Shown here one piece after another: positions 10,336-20,501 of a DNA stretch of 64,000 nucleotides (position 1 is the stretch's first letter; each line of letters starts with the position of its first letter). The position numbers were made by a program, and so were the translations under genes. This stretch comes from an uncultured Bacteroidales bacterium. GTDB lineage: Bacteria; Bacteroidota; Bacteroidia; Bacteroidales; VadinHA17. The notes beneath the pieces were generated by a model. It did no database searches and was not told the DNA's origin. It saw only the letters and a program-made list of their open reading frames with translations. The stretch is taken from positions 631,792 through 695,791 of the forward strand of contig CAVXEU010000003.1 in assembly GCA_963760915.1 (NCBI GenBank), read 5' to 3'.

Positions 10336-10821
10336 TTAGCTACCAGGTAATTCCTGATCATTTTGTCTCCACCCGCTGGATTCATCATCAAATATCTCCT
10401 TTTTCCAGACGGGAAGTCTTTGCTTTATCAGCTCAACTGTTTTAGAGCAGGCCATAATTGCCTGTTGCCTGTGACCTGCAGAAACAAGAACTAGCAGCGA
10501 GATCTCTCCTGCCTTTACCCGGTCTGTTGAATGAACTATATCAACAGATCTGACATCGTTGAATTCAGAAATAATAATGGCTTTTATTCTTTCGGCTTCA
10601 GAATTAACCATCCCTTCGTATGCTGAATACTCTATTGCTTTAACAGTTTTGCCATTAATTATGTCAGCTCTCACCTGCCCTAGAAAAACCGAATGTCCGC
10701 CGGAGTCGGTTCTTTCACCCATCTTTTCAATGAAATGAGATATTATATGTTGGGTAACTGGCCCGTTTATGAGATAATTCATTATTCCTGTCAGGTTATA
10801 ATTAATATTGAAACGGTTCAT
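10336..10821 (-). CDS. moaE: molybdopterin synthase catalytic subunit MoaE
   Basis: It has the GGHSVFLGQVR motif and a conserved C-terminal WKKE. It overlaps moaD by 4 nt. Confidence 0.8.
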   Translation of the reverse strand: MNRFNINYNLTGIMNYLINGPVTQHIISHFIEKMGERTDSGGHSVFLGQVRADIINGKTVKAIEYSAYEGMVNSEAERIKAIIISEFNDVRSVDIVHSTDRVKAGEISLLVLVSAGHRQQAIMACSKTVELIKQRLPVWKKEIFDDESSGWRQNDQELPGS

Positions 10822-11051
10822 CCTCCTGCAAAAGGCGGCAATAATGCCACCTCATCACCATCTTTAAGAACCGGATCATTTTCGATGATCATGTTATTGA
10901 GAGAGATCCTGAACTTATAATGCATTATTTCCGGGTAGTCATCCAGAATTCTTAAATTGAGGTCACCCAATGATTTTACTTCCCGGTAGTATGAATGATT
11001 AATGCCAGTAACCTCTGCCAACACTCCAAAAAACAATACCTTAACTTGCAT
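10818..11051 (-). CDS. moaD: molybdopterin synthase sulfur-carrier subunit MoaD
   Basis: 77 aa and ubiquitin-like, ending in the diagnostic C-terminal Gly-Gly (PPFAGG). Confidence 0.8.
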   Translation of the reverse strand: MQVKVLFFGVLAEVTGINHSYYREVKSLGDLNLRILDDYPEIMHYKFRISLNNMIIENDPVLKDGDEVALLPPFAGG

Positions 11052-11195
11052 AAAATATTCTATTTATTACGATTTTTTCAACTTGCATCTCAATTAAATT
11101 TTTCCACCCGCCCGCCAGGCTATTGATAATATATAATTCAGGCAGCTGGCCTTTACGGGATTTTTCATAATTCCGCCATTGCAGCACAAATCCTT

Positions 11196-14012
11196 TCAAT
11201 GCGTCTCAAACCAATTATTGCCTGTCCCCCAGTCAACCACCAGCGGCACATCAAGTTTTACTGCGTTTGACATTTCAAATAAAACCATGTTCTTAAGGTT
11301 TTCAAGTTCTGAGGTCTCAACTTCAAAAATTAGTTCGTCATGTACCTGAAGGATCATTTCAGAAAGATATTTTTCTGATTTCATCCTGTCATGTATCCTG
11401 ACCATAGCTACTTTGATAATATCCGCTGCACTCCCCTGTAAAGGCGCATTGATTGCGTTCCTTTCTGCGTTTCCCCTTACAACCTGGTTCCGGGAATGAA
11501 TATCACGAAGATATCGTCTCCGTCCGAACATGGTAGTAACATACCCCAGCTCCCGTGCGTTGCTTATACTCTCATCCATGAAAACCTTTACCCCGGGGTA
11601 GGAGGTAAAATAACCGTCGATAAGATCTTTTGCCTCTTTTCTTCCGATAGTCAGTCTTTCGGAAAGTCCGAAGGATGATATTCCATAGATGATGCCGAAA
11701 TTTGCGGTCTTGGCCCTGCTTCGCATTTCCCTTGTCACATCACCGATCTCCACACCAAATATCTTAGCCGCTGTTGCAGCATGAATATCATTACCGGAAA
11801 GAAAATCAGCAATCATACCTGAATCCTTGCTCAGATGAGCCATTAGCCTCAGCTCAATCTGCGAATAATCGGCCGAAAAAAAGATATGTCCGGGTGCAGG
11901 AACAAATGCCTTTCTGATTTCTCGTCCCCTGGCATCTTTGACGGGGATGTTCTGAAGATTAGGATTATTGGAGCTAAGCCTGCCCGTAGCTGCAACTGCC
12001 TGATTGTATGAAGTATGTATTCTTCCGGTTTTTTTATCAACCAGAAGGGGAAGTGCCTCAACATAAGTTGATAACAGTTTTTTAAGTCCCCTGTATTCCA
12101 GTACCTTTTCAACAATAGGGTGTTTACTGGTCAGGCGCTGCAGTATCTCTTCGTTGGTACTGAACTGGTGTGTCTTTGTAACCCTTGCCCTGTCGTCAAG
12201 CTTAAGCTTTATAAACAAAATATCTCCGAGCTGTTTCGGTGAAGAGATGTTAAATTCCACCCCGGCAAGCGAATAGATCTCTTTCTCAAGCGAAATAATA
12301 TCTTCTCTCAGATTCTTGGTAATTTCTTTCAGATCCTCCAGATCCAATCTTACTCCGGTCCTCTCCATGGCAGCAAGCACTTTTATAAGAGGCATCTCAA
12401 TATCCCGGGCCAGATCAGCCAGCCCTTCTGCCAAAATCCGGGGTTCAAATACCTGCTTAAGCTGAAGAGTTACATCCGCGTCTTCAACAGCATAATCTCT
12501 GAGCAAATCTACAGGTACGGAACGCATATTTTTCTGACTTATCCCTTTGTCACCAATAAGAGATTCAATATGAACCGGACTATATGACAGATAAATTTCA
12601 GAAAGAAGGTTCATGTTGTGTCTCATGTCTGGTTCCAGGAGATAATGGGCAATCATCGTGTCAAACAGCGGACCTTTCACTTCAATTCCATAATTTGCCA
12701 GAACCTGAATATCGAACTTCATATTCTGACCTATTTTCAGCGTTTGGGGATTTTCAAAAACAGGTCGGATTTTTTCGAGAAGTGCTTTTGTATCTTTTTG
12801 TGAATCAGGGAAGTGAATCAGATATCCCGAACCCTTCTCCCACGAAAACGTCAGTGCAACCAATTCTGCATCAAGGGCGTTTATGCTGGTTGTTTCAGAA
12901 TCAAAACAAAACTCTTTAAGACCTTCAATCTCTTTAAGGAAAGCTTTCAGTTCAGATTCATTCCCGACTATTTTATAGTTATGATCAACGTTCTCAATTG
13001 ATTTTTTTTCAGATTCCATTCCGGCTGTCTCATTTGCGAAAAGTGATCCCTGAACAGAATCGGGTGGTGGGGCAAATAATCCGGTGATTTCTCCTGGTTT
13101 TTCCGATTTATCAATTTCAGCAAATATCCTGGAAGCCACTGTTTTGAATTCAAGTTCTTCAAAAAGGACCTTAAGTTTTGCAGGATCAGGAACTTCTGTT
13201 ACAAGCTCGTTTTCATCCAGTTCCACAGGCACATTCTGTTCTATAGTAGCAAGTTTTTTCGACATTTCAATCTGTTCCCTGTTATTTTCAATTATCTCTT
13301 TAAGCTTGCCTTTCAATTTACCGGAATTTTTGAACAGCTCCTCAATACTTCCATACTCAGAGATAAGTTTCATTGCGGTTTTCTGGCCAACCCCGGGAGC
13401 TCCGGGAATATTGTCGGCAGTATCGCCCATCAGGGCAAGGATATCTATTACCTGTTCAGGACGCTGAACTGCAAACTCCCTTTTAACATCATCAACTCCC
13501 CACAAGATGGATTCGTTTCCGCTTCTGGAAGGTTTAAACATAAAAATATCAGGTGAGACAAGTTGTGCAAAATCCTTGTCAGGGGTCATCATGTATGTTG
13601 TAAATCCTTGTTCAGAAGCCTTCCTGGCCAGTGTTCCTATTACGTCATCAGCTTCAAATCCGGGGTAATCGATAACCGGGATTTTATATGCCTCTATCAA
13701 TCTTTTTATATAGGGAACTGCCTTCTTTATATCTTCAGGGGTCTCATCACGGTGAGCTTTGTACTCACTGAACATTTCATGCCTGAATGTAGGGGCCGGT
13801 GTATCAAATACAACGGCTATGTGAGATGGTTTTTGCTTCTGAAGTACTTCTTCAAGGGTAAGAAGAAACCCGAATATTGCTGAAGTATTCATCCCTTTAG
13901 ATGTTATCCTGGGATTTTTAATGAATGCATAGAAGGAACGGAAGATGAGTGCATATGCATCCAGTAAGAATAGCTTTTTTGTTTTATTATCATTCATCTG
14001 TTGGTTCCTCAT
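11196..14012 (-). CDS. polA: DNA polymerase I
   Basis: 938 aa. It has a 5'-nuclease N-terminus (LLDAYALIFRSFYA), a 3'-5' exo region, and polymerase motifs DYSQIELR, RSRAKTANFGIIYG and QVHDEL. Confidence 0.95.
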   Translation of the reverse strand: MRNQQMNDNKTKKLFLLDAYALIFRSFYAFIKNPRITSKGMNTSAIFGFLLTLEEVLQKQKPSHIAVVFDTPAPTFRHEMFSEYKAHRDETPEDIKKAVPYIKRLIEAYKIPVIDYPGFEADDVIGTLARKASEQGFTTYMMTPDKDFAQLVSPDIFMFKPSRSGNESILWGVDDVKREFAVQRPEQVIDILALMGDTADNIPGAPGVGQKTAMKLISEYGSIEELFKNSGKLKGKLKEIIENNREQIEMSKKLATIEQNVPVELDENELVTEVPDPAKLKVLFEELEFKTVASRIFAEIDKSEKPGEITGLFAPPPDSVQGSLFANETAGMESEKKSIENVDHNYKIVGNESELKAFLKEIEGLKEFCFDSETTSINALDAELVALTFSWEKGSGYLIHFPDSQKDTKALLEKIRPVFENPQTLKIGQNMKFDIQVLANYGIEVKGPLFDTMIAHYLLEPDMRHNMNLLSEIYLSYSPVHIESLIGDKGISQKNMRSVPVDLLRDYAVEDADVTLQLKQVFEPRILAEGLADLARDIEMPLIKVLAAMERTGVRLDLEDLKEITKNLREDIISLEKEIYSLAGVEFNISSPKQLGDILFIKLKLDDRARVTKTHQFSTNEEILQRLTSKHPIVEKVLEYRGLKKLLSTYVEALPLLVDKKTGRIHTSYNQAVAATGRLSSNNPNLQNIPVKDARGREIRKAFVPAPGHIFFSADYSQIELRLMAHLSKDSGMIADFLSGNDIHAATAAKIFGVEIGDVTREMRSRAKTANFGIIYGISSFGLSERLTIGRKEAKDLIDGYFTSYPGVKVFMDESISNARELGYVTTMFGRRRYLRDIHSRNQVVRGNAERNAINAPLQGSAADIIKVAMVRIHDRMKSEKYLSEMILQVHDELIFEVETSELENLKNMVLFEMSNAVKLDVPLVVDWGTGNNWFETH

Positions 14013-14080
14013 TTATTAACATTTTCCAAAGTCATTTATACTTATACACTTGATATATATTCTATTGCAGCAACATATTT

Positions 14081-14120
14081 CAACCCATTCAACCCATTCA
14101 ACCCTTTCAACCCTTTCAAC
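14081..14120. repeat. 9-bp tandem array CAACCC(A/T)TT x4.4
   Basis: Read directly: caacccatt caacccatt caacccttt caacccttt caac. A further degenerate unit, ttcaaccgttca, lies at 14128-14141. It is the reverse complement of the TTGAAGGGG arrays at 39.6 kb. Confidence 0.9.
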
Positions 14121-14199
14121 TAACTGTTTTCAACCGTTCAGCTTCTTCACCATTCCGTCTCTTACTTAACGTTTCACTTCAGCTACTGGCTTTATATAG

Positions 14200-14670
14200 T
14201 TAATTGTCATCAGCATACCATTCAGCAAATGATGTTGCAGTCTCATAAAGCTTAAGACTGTGAAGCGTGACTCCCTGAGGCAGATGTGGTCTGATTCTGG
14301 CAGCAAAATCTGACACCAGATTCTCGCATGTAGGCTGATAACCGACCAGAACCATATTACCGAACATCGATTCAAACAACGCTGTTTTTTCCTTGTCAAA
14401 TGACCTGCTTATTACAACTGTATGATCAAAAACACTAACAATCTCTTTATTAACAATGTTCTTCAGATCGGTAAAATCCATTACCATTCCATGCTTCGGA
14501 TTCCCGGGGTCATCCATCGGGATGCCGGAAAGTGTTACAAACAGCCGGTATGAGTGGCCATGAACATTTCTGCACGGACCATCATATTTCCACAGGGCAT
14601 GAGCCATTTCAAATGTGAATTCCTTTGTAACTCTTATAATTAAAGCCATAATTTCCTTATTGTTAAACAA
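14200..14670 (-). CDS. queD: 6-carboxytetrahydropterin synthase (QueD / PTPS family)
   Basis: 156 aa. It has the motif CRNVHGHSY (Cys plus HGH zinc ligands) and FEMAHAL. Confidence 0.85.
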   Translation of the reverse strand: MFNNKEIMALIIRVTKEFTFEMAHALWKYDGPCRNVHGHSYRLFVTLSGIPMDDPGNPKHGMVMDFTDLKNIVNKEIVSVFDHTVVISRSFDKEKTALFESMFGNMVLVGYQPTCENLVSDFAARIRPHLPQGVTLHSLKLYETATSFAEWYADDN

Positions 14671-14776
14671 TTTACAAAATTAACTATTCTGCCCAATAAA
14701 GGATAATTGTTTTATATTGCATTTGTCCTGTTACACAATTTATGTAATATTTGAATCCATCAAATCAATAAATCAG

Positions 14777-14784
14777 TACCTTTG
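14777..14784 (+). promoter_or_regulatory. candidate Bacteroidota -7 box TAccTTTG
   Basis: It matches TAnnTTTG and lies 32 nt upstream of the ATG at 14816. Confidence 0.3.
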
Positions 14785-14815
14785 TGTTTTATTATCAGCT
14801 TAATTATGGGTTATA

Positions 14816-16462
14816 ATGGAAGATAATACTATCAGGATGACTTTCCCGGCAATGTTTAATGAAACCTTAAAAAAGTTTGGGAAGAATAATGCGTATGCAT
14901 TTGTGGGAGAAGAACCTAAGAGCTATGAGAGAGTTAACAGGGATATTCAGGCTCTGATTGCATTCCTTGAGAAAAACGGGATATGTCCCGGAGACAAGGT
15001 AGCAATATTGAGTTTAAATATGCCCAACTGGGGTATAGCATTTTTCTCGGTTACATTTATGGGTGCAATCGCTGTTCCGGTCCTTCCTGACTTTTCAAAT
15101 AAAGAGGTAGCCAATGTTCTTGAACACTCGGGAGCCAAAGCTATTATTATATCTTTCTCTTTATTGCCCAGGATTGAAGATTTTAAATCTCAGGATCTTA
15201 AAACAGGTATACTGTTAGAGGACTTTTCGCTGATCTTCTCTGAAAAGGATTCTTCTGAATATGTCCCTTCTGCAGTTCCTTTAAAAAAGTATAATGTTGA
15301 AGAAGATGACCTTGCATCGATTATCTATACATCTGGAACCACAGGCCGGTCTAAGGGAGTAATGCTGACTCACAGGAATATTTCATTTAATGCCATGATG
15401 GGCAGGAAGATACAGTGGATTGATGAAAATGATCGTTTCCTTTCGGTATTGCCCCTGTCACATACTTATGAGAATACTCTGGGACTGGTTTTGCCAATGC
15501 TTTGCGGATCGAGCGTTTACTATCTCAGGAAACCCCCCACTCCCGCAGTACTTATTCCTGCATTAGCTGCAATAAAACCAACAATGATGCTGACTGTTCC
15601 CCTGATTATAGAAAAAATATATTTCAACAAGATCCTGCCAGCTTTCAGGGATAATCCTGTACTTAATCTTCTTTATAAGATACCGCTGATCAGGAAAAAA
15701 CTTAATATTACTGCCGGCAAAAAGCTTATAAATACATTCGGCGGGGAATTGAAGTTTTATGGCATTGGTGGTGCCAAACTCAACAAAACAGTCGAGAAAT
15801 TCCTGATCGAGGCAAAATTCCCGTATGCAATAGGTTATGGTCTTACGGAAACAGCCCCCTTACTCGCGGGTTCTGATCCAAAAAAAGCTGTCTTTGAATC
15901 AACCGGTCCATCTATCGAAGGTATCGAGCTTATTATAAATGATCCTGACAAAGTAACCGGGGAAGGCGAGATCTGGGCCAGGGGGCCAAATGTTATGAAG
16001 GGTTATTATAAAGAACCTGAAATGACAAAAGAAGTTCTTACTGCTGATGGCTGGTTTAAAACCGGAGACCTGGGTACACTGGACCCAAACAACAACCTGT
16101 ATATCAAAGGCAGATTGAAGAATATGATTGTGGGTGCCAGCGGAGAGAACATTTATCCTGAAGAGATTGAATCGATCATTAATAATTTCCGTTTCGTTGT
16201 TGAATCGCTGGTAGTTCAGCAAAAAGGTAAACTGGTTGCCCTTGTACATATTAACCGCGAGGAGCTTGAGAAGAAATATCAGAACTTCAAGGATGATATG
16301 ACACGCCAGCTTGAAGATAAAGTTGATGAAGTTCTTAATGAACTGCAGCAATATGTGAATTCACAGGTTAACAAATTCAGCCAGATTCAAAAGGTTGTTC
16401 TTCAGCCGGTACCGTTCCAGAAAACGGCAACACTTAAGATTAAGCGATTCTTATATACATAA
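14816..16462 (+). CDS. long-chain fatty acid-CoA ligase (AMP-binding family)
   Basis: It has the AMP-binding signature IIYTSGTTGRSKGVMLTH and later GYGLTE and GWFKTGD motifs. Confidence 0.85.
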   Translation: MEDNTIRMTFPAMFNETLKKFGKNNAYAFVGEEPKSYERVNRDIQALIAFLEKNGICPGDKVAILSLNMPNWGIAFFSVTFMGAIAVPVLPDFSNKEVANVLEHSGAKAIIISFSLLPRIEDFKSQDLKTGILLEDFSLIFSEKDSSEYVPSAVPLKKYNVEEDDLASIIYTSGTTGRSKGVMLTHRNISFNAMMGRKIQWIDENDRFLSVLPLSHTYENTLGLVLPMLCGSSVYYLRKPPTPAVLIPALAAIKPTMMLTVPLIIEKIYFNKILPAFRDNPVLNLLYKIPLIRKKLNITAGKKLINTFGGELKFYGIGGAKLNKTVEKFLIEAKFPYAIGYGLTETAPLLAGSDPKKAVFESTGPSIEGIELIINDPDKVTGEGEIWARGPNVMKGYYKEPEMTKEVLTADGWFKTGDLGTLDPNNNLYIKGRLKNMIVGASGENIYPEEIESIINNFRFVVESLVVQQKGKLVALVHINREELEKKYQNFKDDMTRQLEDKVDEVLNELQQYVNSQVNKFSQIQKVVLQPVPFQKTATLKIKRFLYT

Positions 16463-16507
16463 AGAACCCTTTTACCTGCCGGCTGTCAGGCATACAGACG
16501 TAAAATA

Positions 16508-17233
16508 CTAAGCAAGAGCGTCATTGAATCTCCTGGAAACCTCATTCCAGTTAACAACATTCCAGAATGCATCAACGTAATCTGCTCTCTTATTCTGATA
16601 TTTAAGATAATAGGCATGTTCCCAGACATCGAGAAGCAAAAGAGGTGTTCCCTTAAACTGTGCAATATCCATTAACGGATTATCCTGATTTGGTGTGCTC
16701 CCAATGGCGAGGTTCTTATCAGCAGTAAGATATAACCAGGCCCAGCCACTTCCAAATCTTGTCTTGGCTGCGGTACTAAATGAATCCCTGAATTTATCAA
16801 AAGAACCAAAGGATTTTGCAATAGCAGATGAAAGTTCCGGGGATGGTTTAGTTGATCCTCTTCCTAGATTATTCCAGAATAATAAATGATTGTAATATCC
16901 TCCTCCATTGTTTCTTATGGCATCTGTCTGTTTTGATACAGATGCAAATATCTTGTTCATTGCCATCCCTTCCAGTGCACTGCCCTTTACAGCATTCATA
17001 TAGTTTGTATAATATGCCCTGTAGTGTTTATCGTAATGTATCTCCATAGTTCTGGCGTCAATATAAGGTTCCAGGGCATTATAAGCATAAGATAGAGGAG
17101 GAAGCTCAGACGGGGGTGCATCTTCCGGTTTGAAAGATCTGACGGTTTTCTGGTCATCCCCAAATAATTGAGGACCAATGTAAGCAGCTGCAGTTACCAA
17201 CCCAACTGACTTAATAAATTTTCTTCTTTCCAT
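16508..17233 (-). CDS. Fe/Mn superoxide dismutase with twin-arginine leader
   Basis: It has Fe/Mn SOD motifs (HYDKHYRAYY, DVWEHAYYL). The track ORF starts at 17305, but the internal Met at 17233 begins MERRKFIKSVGLVTAAA, a Tat-type leader. Confidence 0.9.
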   Translation of the reverse strand: MERRKFIKSVGLVTAAAYIGPQLFGDDQKTVRSFKPEDAPPSELPPLSYAYNALEPYIDARTMEIHYDKHYRAYYTNYMNAVKGSALEGMAMNKIFASVSKQTDAIRNNGGGYYNHLLFWNNLGRGSTKPSPELSSAIAKSFGSFDKFRDSFSTAAKTRFGSGWAWLYLTADKNLAIGSTPNQDNPLMDIAQFKGTPLLLLDVWEHAYYLKYQNKRADYVDAFWNVVNWNEVSRRFNDALA

Positions 17234-17526
17234 AATCAGGTTTTTATAACCACAAACATGTGCGGGTTCACTATTGTTCAAACCGGAATTATAAATCCCA
17301 ATCAAAACACATGTTTTTTAATCCATTTGAACAGAGTCCCGAAAAAATTAATACTTTTATAATGGTTTATTTACCTGAGCCCTGTTAACTTAAATATGCT
17401 TGATATATACAAGTAAAAGTTTGCATGGGACGGATTGTTCTCTTTTTTATAAGCTTCATTCTCATACATAGGAAATTTCTAAAGTTGAAAAAGATAAAGT
17501 ATTCCTGAAAATCTAATGAACTGAAT

Positions 17527-17910
17527 ATGAAAAAAATCACAACCATCGGAAGAATCCTTTTCGCATTGCCATTTGCAATTCTGGGAATTAACCATTTTCT
17601 GATGACAGATTACTACCTTGGGATGCTGACATCATTTATCCCATTGGGAGCATATACCATAATTCTTACAGGAATTATGCTGATTGCAGCCAGCATAAGT
17701 ATCATAACTAAAAAATTTATTGTGCAGTCTACCTTACTGCTTGCGTTTCTTCTATTCCTGTTTATTGTGACTATCCATATACCTCATCTTTTTGACGGAT
17801 CGGATAAGACTGCAACGCTTATCGCACTTTTTAAGGACATCTCCCTGCTTGGAGGATCAATGATGATAGCCGGCATTTATTATGACAAAGAAGAATCGGA
17901 GAAAAAATAA
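17527..17910 (+). CDS. DoxX-like membrane protein
   Basis: 127 aa with four TM helices and a GRILFALPFAILGINHF N-terminus typical of the DoxX family. Confidence 0.6.
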   Translation: MKKITTIGRILFALPFAILGINHFLMTDYYLGMLTSFIPLGAYTIILTGIMLIAASISIITKKFIVQSTLLLAFLLFLFIVTIHIPHLFDGSDKTATLIALFKDISLLGGSMMIAGIYYDKEESEKK

Positions 17911-18105
17911 ATCATATATTACCTGAGAACCTTTTTACAACACTAATCCTGAAGTTCAAATAACTATCAGACAGGCAGATAGATGATCTTTGCAGAGAGT
18001 AATACGAAAAAATACAGATATACAGGGATTGAGGTTCTGTTTATAGATTTCCTGAAAGAAAATTATTATATCTTTATACAATATTCACAATCCTAAATTA
18101 ATGCA

Positions 18106-18900
18106 ATGAGTAAACCTAACCTGCTTCTTGCAATATGTGCCTGTCTGATAAACATCAACTTATTTTCTCAATCAAACCTGTTCAATCAGCAGATGCAGGT
18201 TGGTTTTGAAGAAAAACAGGGACAATATGCTGATCTTAACGTAAAACTGGTCAATGAGGCCGGGGACACGGTCCTTTTGAAGGATGTGATCATGAAACCG
18301 ACAATTCTGAATCTGGTATATTATCAGTGTGCCGGAACATGCAGTCCGTTGATGTGGAGTATTTCCAAGATAATCGATGCAATGGATCTTCAGCTTGGCA
18401 AGGATTATCAGGTTATTACAATCAGTTTTGATCCCTCTGAAAAAATTAATCTGGGGATTAATAAGAAAGCCAGTTATATAAGTACGATGAAGAAGAAAGA
18501 GGAAGCTAAAAACTGGCAGTTTTTTGTGTCTGACAGCATAGATATTGCAAGATTGACCCGGTCTGTTGGCTTCAATTATCAGAAGGTGAATGATCAGTAT
18601 GTACATCCTACTGGACTGATAGCTCTTGCAGCTGATGGCAAGATCATACGTTATCTCAGGGGAATTGATTTCCTGCCCTTCGATATAAAAATCACCCTGG
18701 TTGAAGCTGCTAAAGGTAAAATTGGGCCCAGCATCAACAGGCTTCTTGCAGTTTGCTATGGTTATGACAGCAAGGGTAATCAGTTTGTCTTTAACGTAAC
18801 AAGGGTATCTGCAATCGTTATAATATTCATCGTTGTCATAGTATTTTTAGTACTTGCCCTTTCACGCGTAAAACTTTTTAAAAGAAATGTTAGTAAATGA
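18106..18900 (+). CDS. SCO1/SenC family copper chaperone
   Basis: It has a thioredoxin-like region with the C-x3-C motif (CAGTC) and a downstream His (YVHPTG). There is an N-terminal signal and a C-terminal TM helix. It overlaps ctaD by 4 nt. Confidence 0.75.
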   Translation: MSKPNLLLAICACLININLFSQSNLFNQQMQVGFEEKQGQYADLNVKLVNEAGDTVLLKDVIMKPTILNLVYYQCAGTCSPLMWSISKIIDAMDLQLGKDYQVITISFDPSEKINLGINKKASYISTMKKKEEAKNWQFFVSDSIDIARLTRSVGFNYQKVNDQYVHPTGLIALAADGKIIRYLRGIDFLPFDIKITLVEAAKGKIGPSINRLLAVCYGYDSKGNQFVFNVTRVSAIVIIFIVVIVFLVLALSRVKLFKRNVSK

Positions 18901-20501
18901 CAACTAAGAAAGACATAGAGGAACCCAGCTACCTTGATTATCAGGGTAAATATAAAGGCATTTTTTCCTGGATATTCGCGACCGATCATAAAAGGATCGC
19001 ACTGTTATATCTATTTTCCATCCTTTCGTTTTTTGTCATTGCCGCCACTCTGGGTCTGTTAATGAAGTTAGAGCTCATTGCCCCCGGAAAAACAATAATG
19101 GGCCCGCAGGCATACAACGCGTTTTTTACTCTGCATGGAATTGTAATGATCTTTGCCGTTGTAATTCCCGGTTTACCTGCCGTTTTTGGAAATTTCATGT
19201 TGCCTATTATGATAGGAGCCAAAGATGTAGCTTTCCCGAGACTTAACCTTATGTCCTGGTATCTCTATGTTGCAGGTGTGTCACTGGTATTGATTTCCCA
19301 GTTTACAGGCCAGGGACCTCCTGATACAGGATGGACATTCTATGCTCCCTATAGTTTCACTACTACCACCAATATGCTGCCGGCTGTTTTCGGCGCCTTT
19401 GTTCTCGGGTTTTCATCCATACTTACAGGATTGAATTTTTTGGTTACAATACACCGGATGCGTGCCCCGGGAATGACCTGGTTAAAAATGCCAATGTTCC
19501 CATGGACACTTTATGCAACCGGCTGGGTACAGCTTCTTGCAACCCCTATAATCGGGATCACTTTGCTTATGATTGTCGCGGAAAGGACATTGCACATCGG
19601 CTTTTTCGACCCTACTCTTGGAGGCGATCCGCTTCTGTATCAGCATTTATTCTGGACATACAGTCACCCGGCGGTTTATATTATGATCCTTCCTGCCATG
19701 GGTGCAATTTCGGAGATAATAGCCGCTTTTTCACATAAAACCGTATTCGGATACAAATTCATGGTTGCAGCCTCCCTGGCGATTGCCTTTGTTGGGTATT
19801 TTGTGTGGGGACATCATATGTTCACTTCTGGTATGAGCGGTACAGCATTATATACATTCTCCCTTCTTACATTTCTCGTAGCTATTCCCAGTGCAATAAA
19901 AGTATTTAACTGGATCGCAACCATGCACAAAGGTTCAATTGACCTTCAGACTCCTTTCTTCTGGGCAATGGCATTTATTTTTGTTTTTATGATCGGTGGT
20001 TTCTCGGGTCTTATTCTGGGTTCGCTGGCAGCCAATGTTCATCTGCATAATACACATTTTGTAGTGGCACATTTTCACTTTATTGTGTTCGGAGGAACAG
20101 GATTTGCTTTTTTTGCTGCCATCCATTACTGGTATCCGAAAATAACCGGTAAAATGTATGATATTATATGGGCTAATACAGGTTTAGTTCTCTTCTTTAT
20201 CGGATTTATTACTCTTTACGGACCTATGTTTTACCTGGGATATATTGGAATGCCCAGAAGATATTTTGATTATGACGAAGTCTTTCATCCGGGAAACATT
20301 GTGTCATCATTGGGTGCGATGGTTCTGTATGCCGGTCTGGCCATAATAATCATCAACCTGTTCACATCACTTAAAAGAGGAATTAAAGCTCCTTCAGATC
20401 CCTGGGGCGGGAAGACCCTGGAATGGACTATACCTTCACCTCCGCCAGTCGAGAATTTTGAAGAGGTACCGGTAATAATCAAAGGACCATACAACTACTA
20501 A
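18897..20501 (+). CDS. ctaD: cytochrome c oxidase subunit I
   Basis: 534 aa, 12-TM heme-copper oxidase with motifs WFFGHP-like (LFWTYSHPAVYI), WGHHMF and HFHFIVFGG. Confidence 0.95.
   Translation: MTTKKDIEEPSYLDYQGKYKGIFSWIFATDHKRIALLYLFSILSFFVIAATLGLLMKLELIAPGKTIMGPQAYNAFFTLHGIVMIFAVVIPGLPAVFGNFMLPIMIGAKDVAFPRLNLMSWYLYVAGVSLVLISQFTGQGPPDTGWTFYAPYSFTTTTNMLPAVFGAFVLGFSSILTGLNFLVTIHRMRAPGMTWLKMPMFPWTLYATGWVQLLATPIIGITLLMIVAERTLHIGFFDPTLGGDPLLYQHLFWTYSHPAVYIMILPAMGAISEIIAAFSHKTVFGYKFMVAASLAIAFVGYFVWGHHMFTSGMSGTALYTFSLLTFLVAIPSAIKVFNWIATMHKGSIDLQTPFFWAMAFIFVFMIGGFSGLILGSLAANVHLHNTHFVVAHFHFIVFGGTGFAFFAAIHYWYPKITGKMYDIIWANTGLVLFFIGFITLYGPMFYLGYIGMPRRYFDYDEVFHPGNIVSSLGAMVLYAGLAIIIINLFTSLKRGIKAPSDPWGGKTLEWTIPSPPPVENFEEVPVIIKGPYNY

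Noticed and set aside
11052-11195. A GC-rich patch (ccacccgcccgccagg / ggccagctgcc) upstream of moaD, considered as a Moco riboswitch.
   Set aside because: I could not find the conserved Moco-motif elements I remember. It more likely combines the polA terminator and the moaD promoter.
12584-13467. Several + strand track ORFs inside polA (12584-12919, 12618-12803, 12813-13001 and 13084-13467). There are similar antisense ORFs inside actB/actC (26242-27411, 28979-29626), the HAD gene (44541-45020), ade (48048-48443) and the MORN gene (60269-60595, 61207-61485).
   Set aside because: They are shadow ORFs on the opposite strand of strongly supported genes and show no recognisable motifs.
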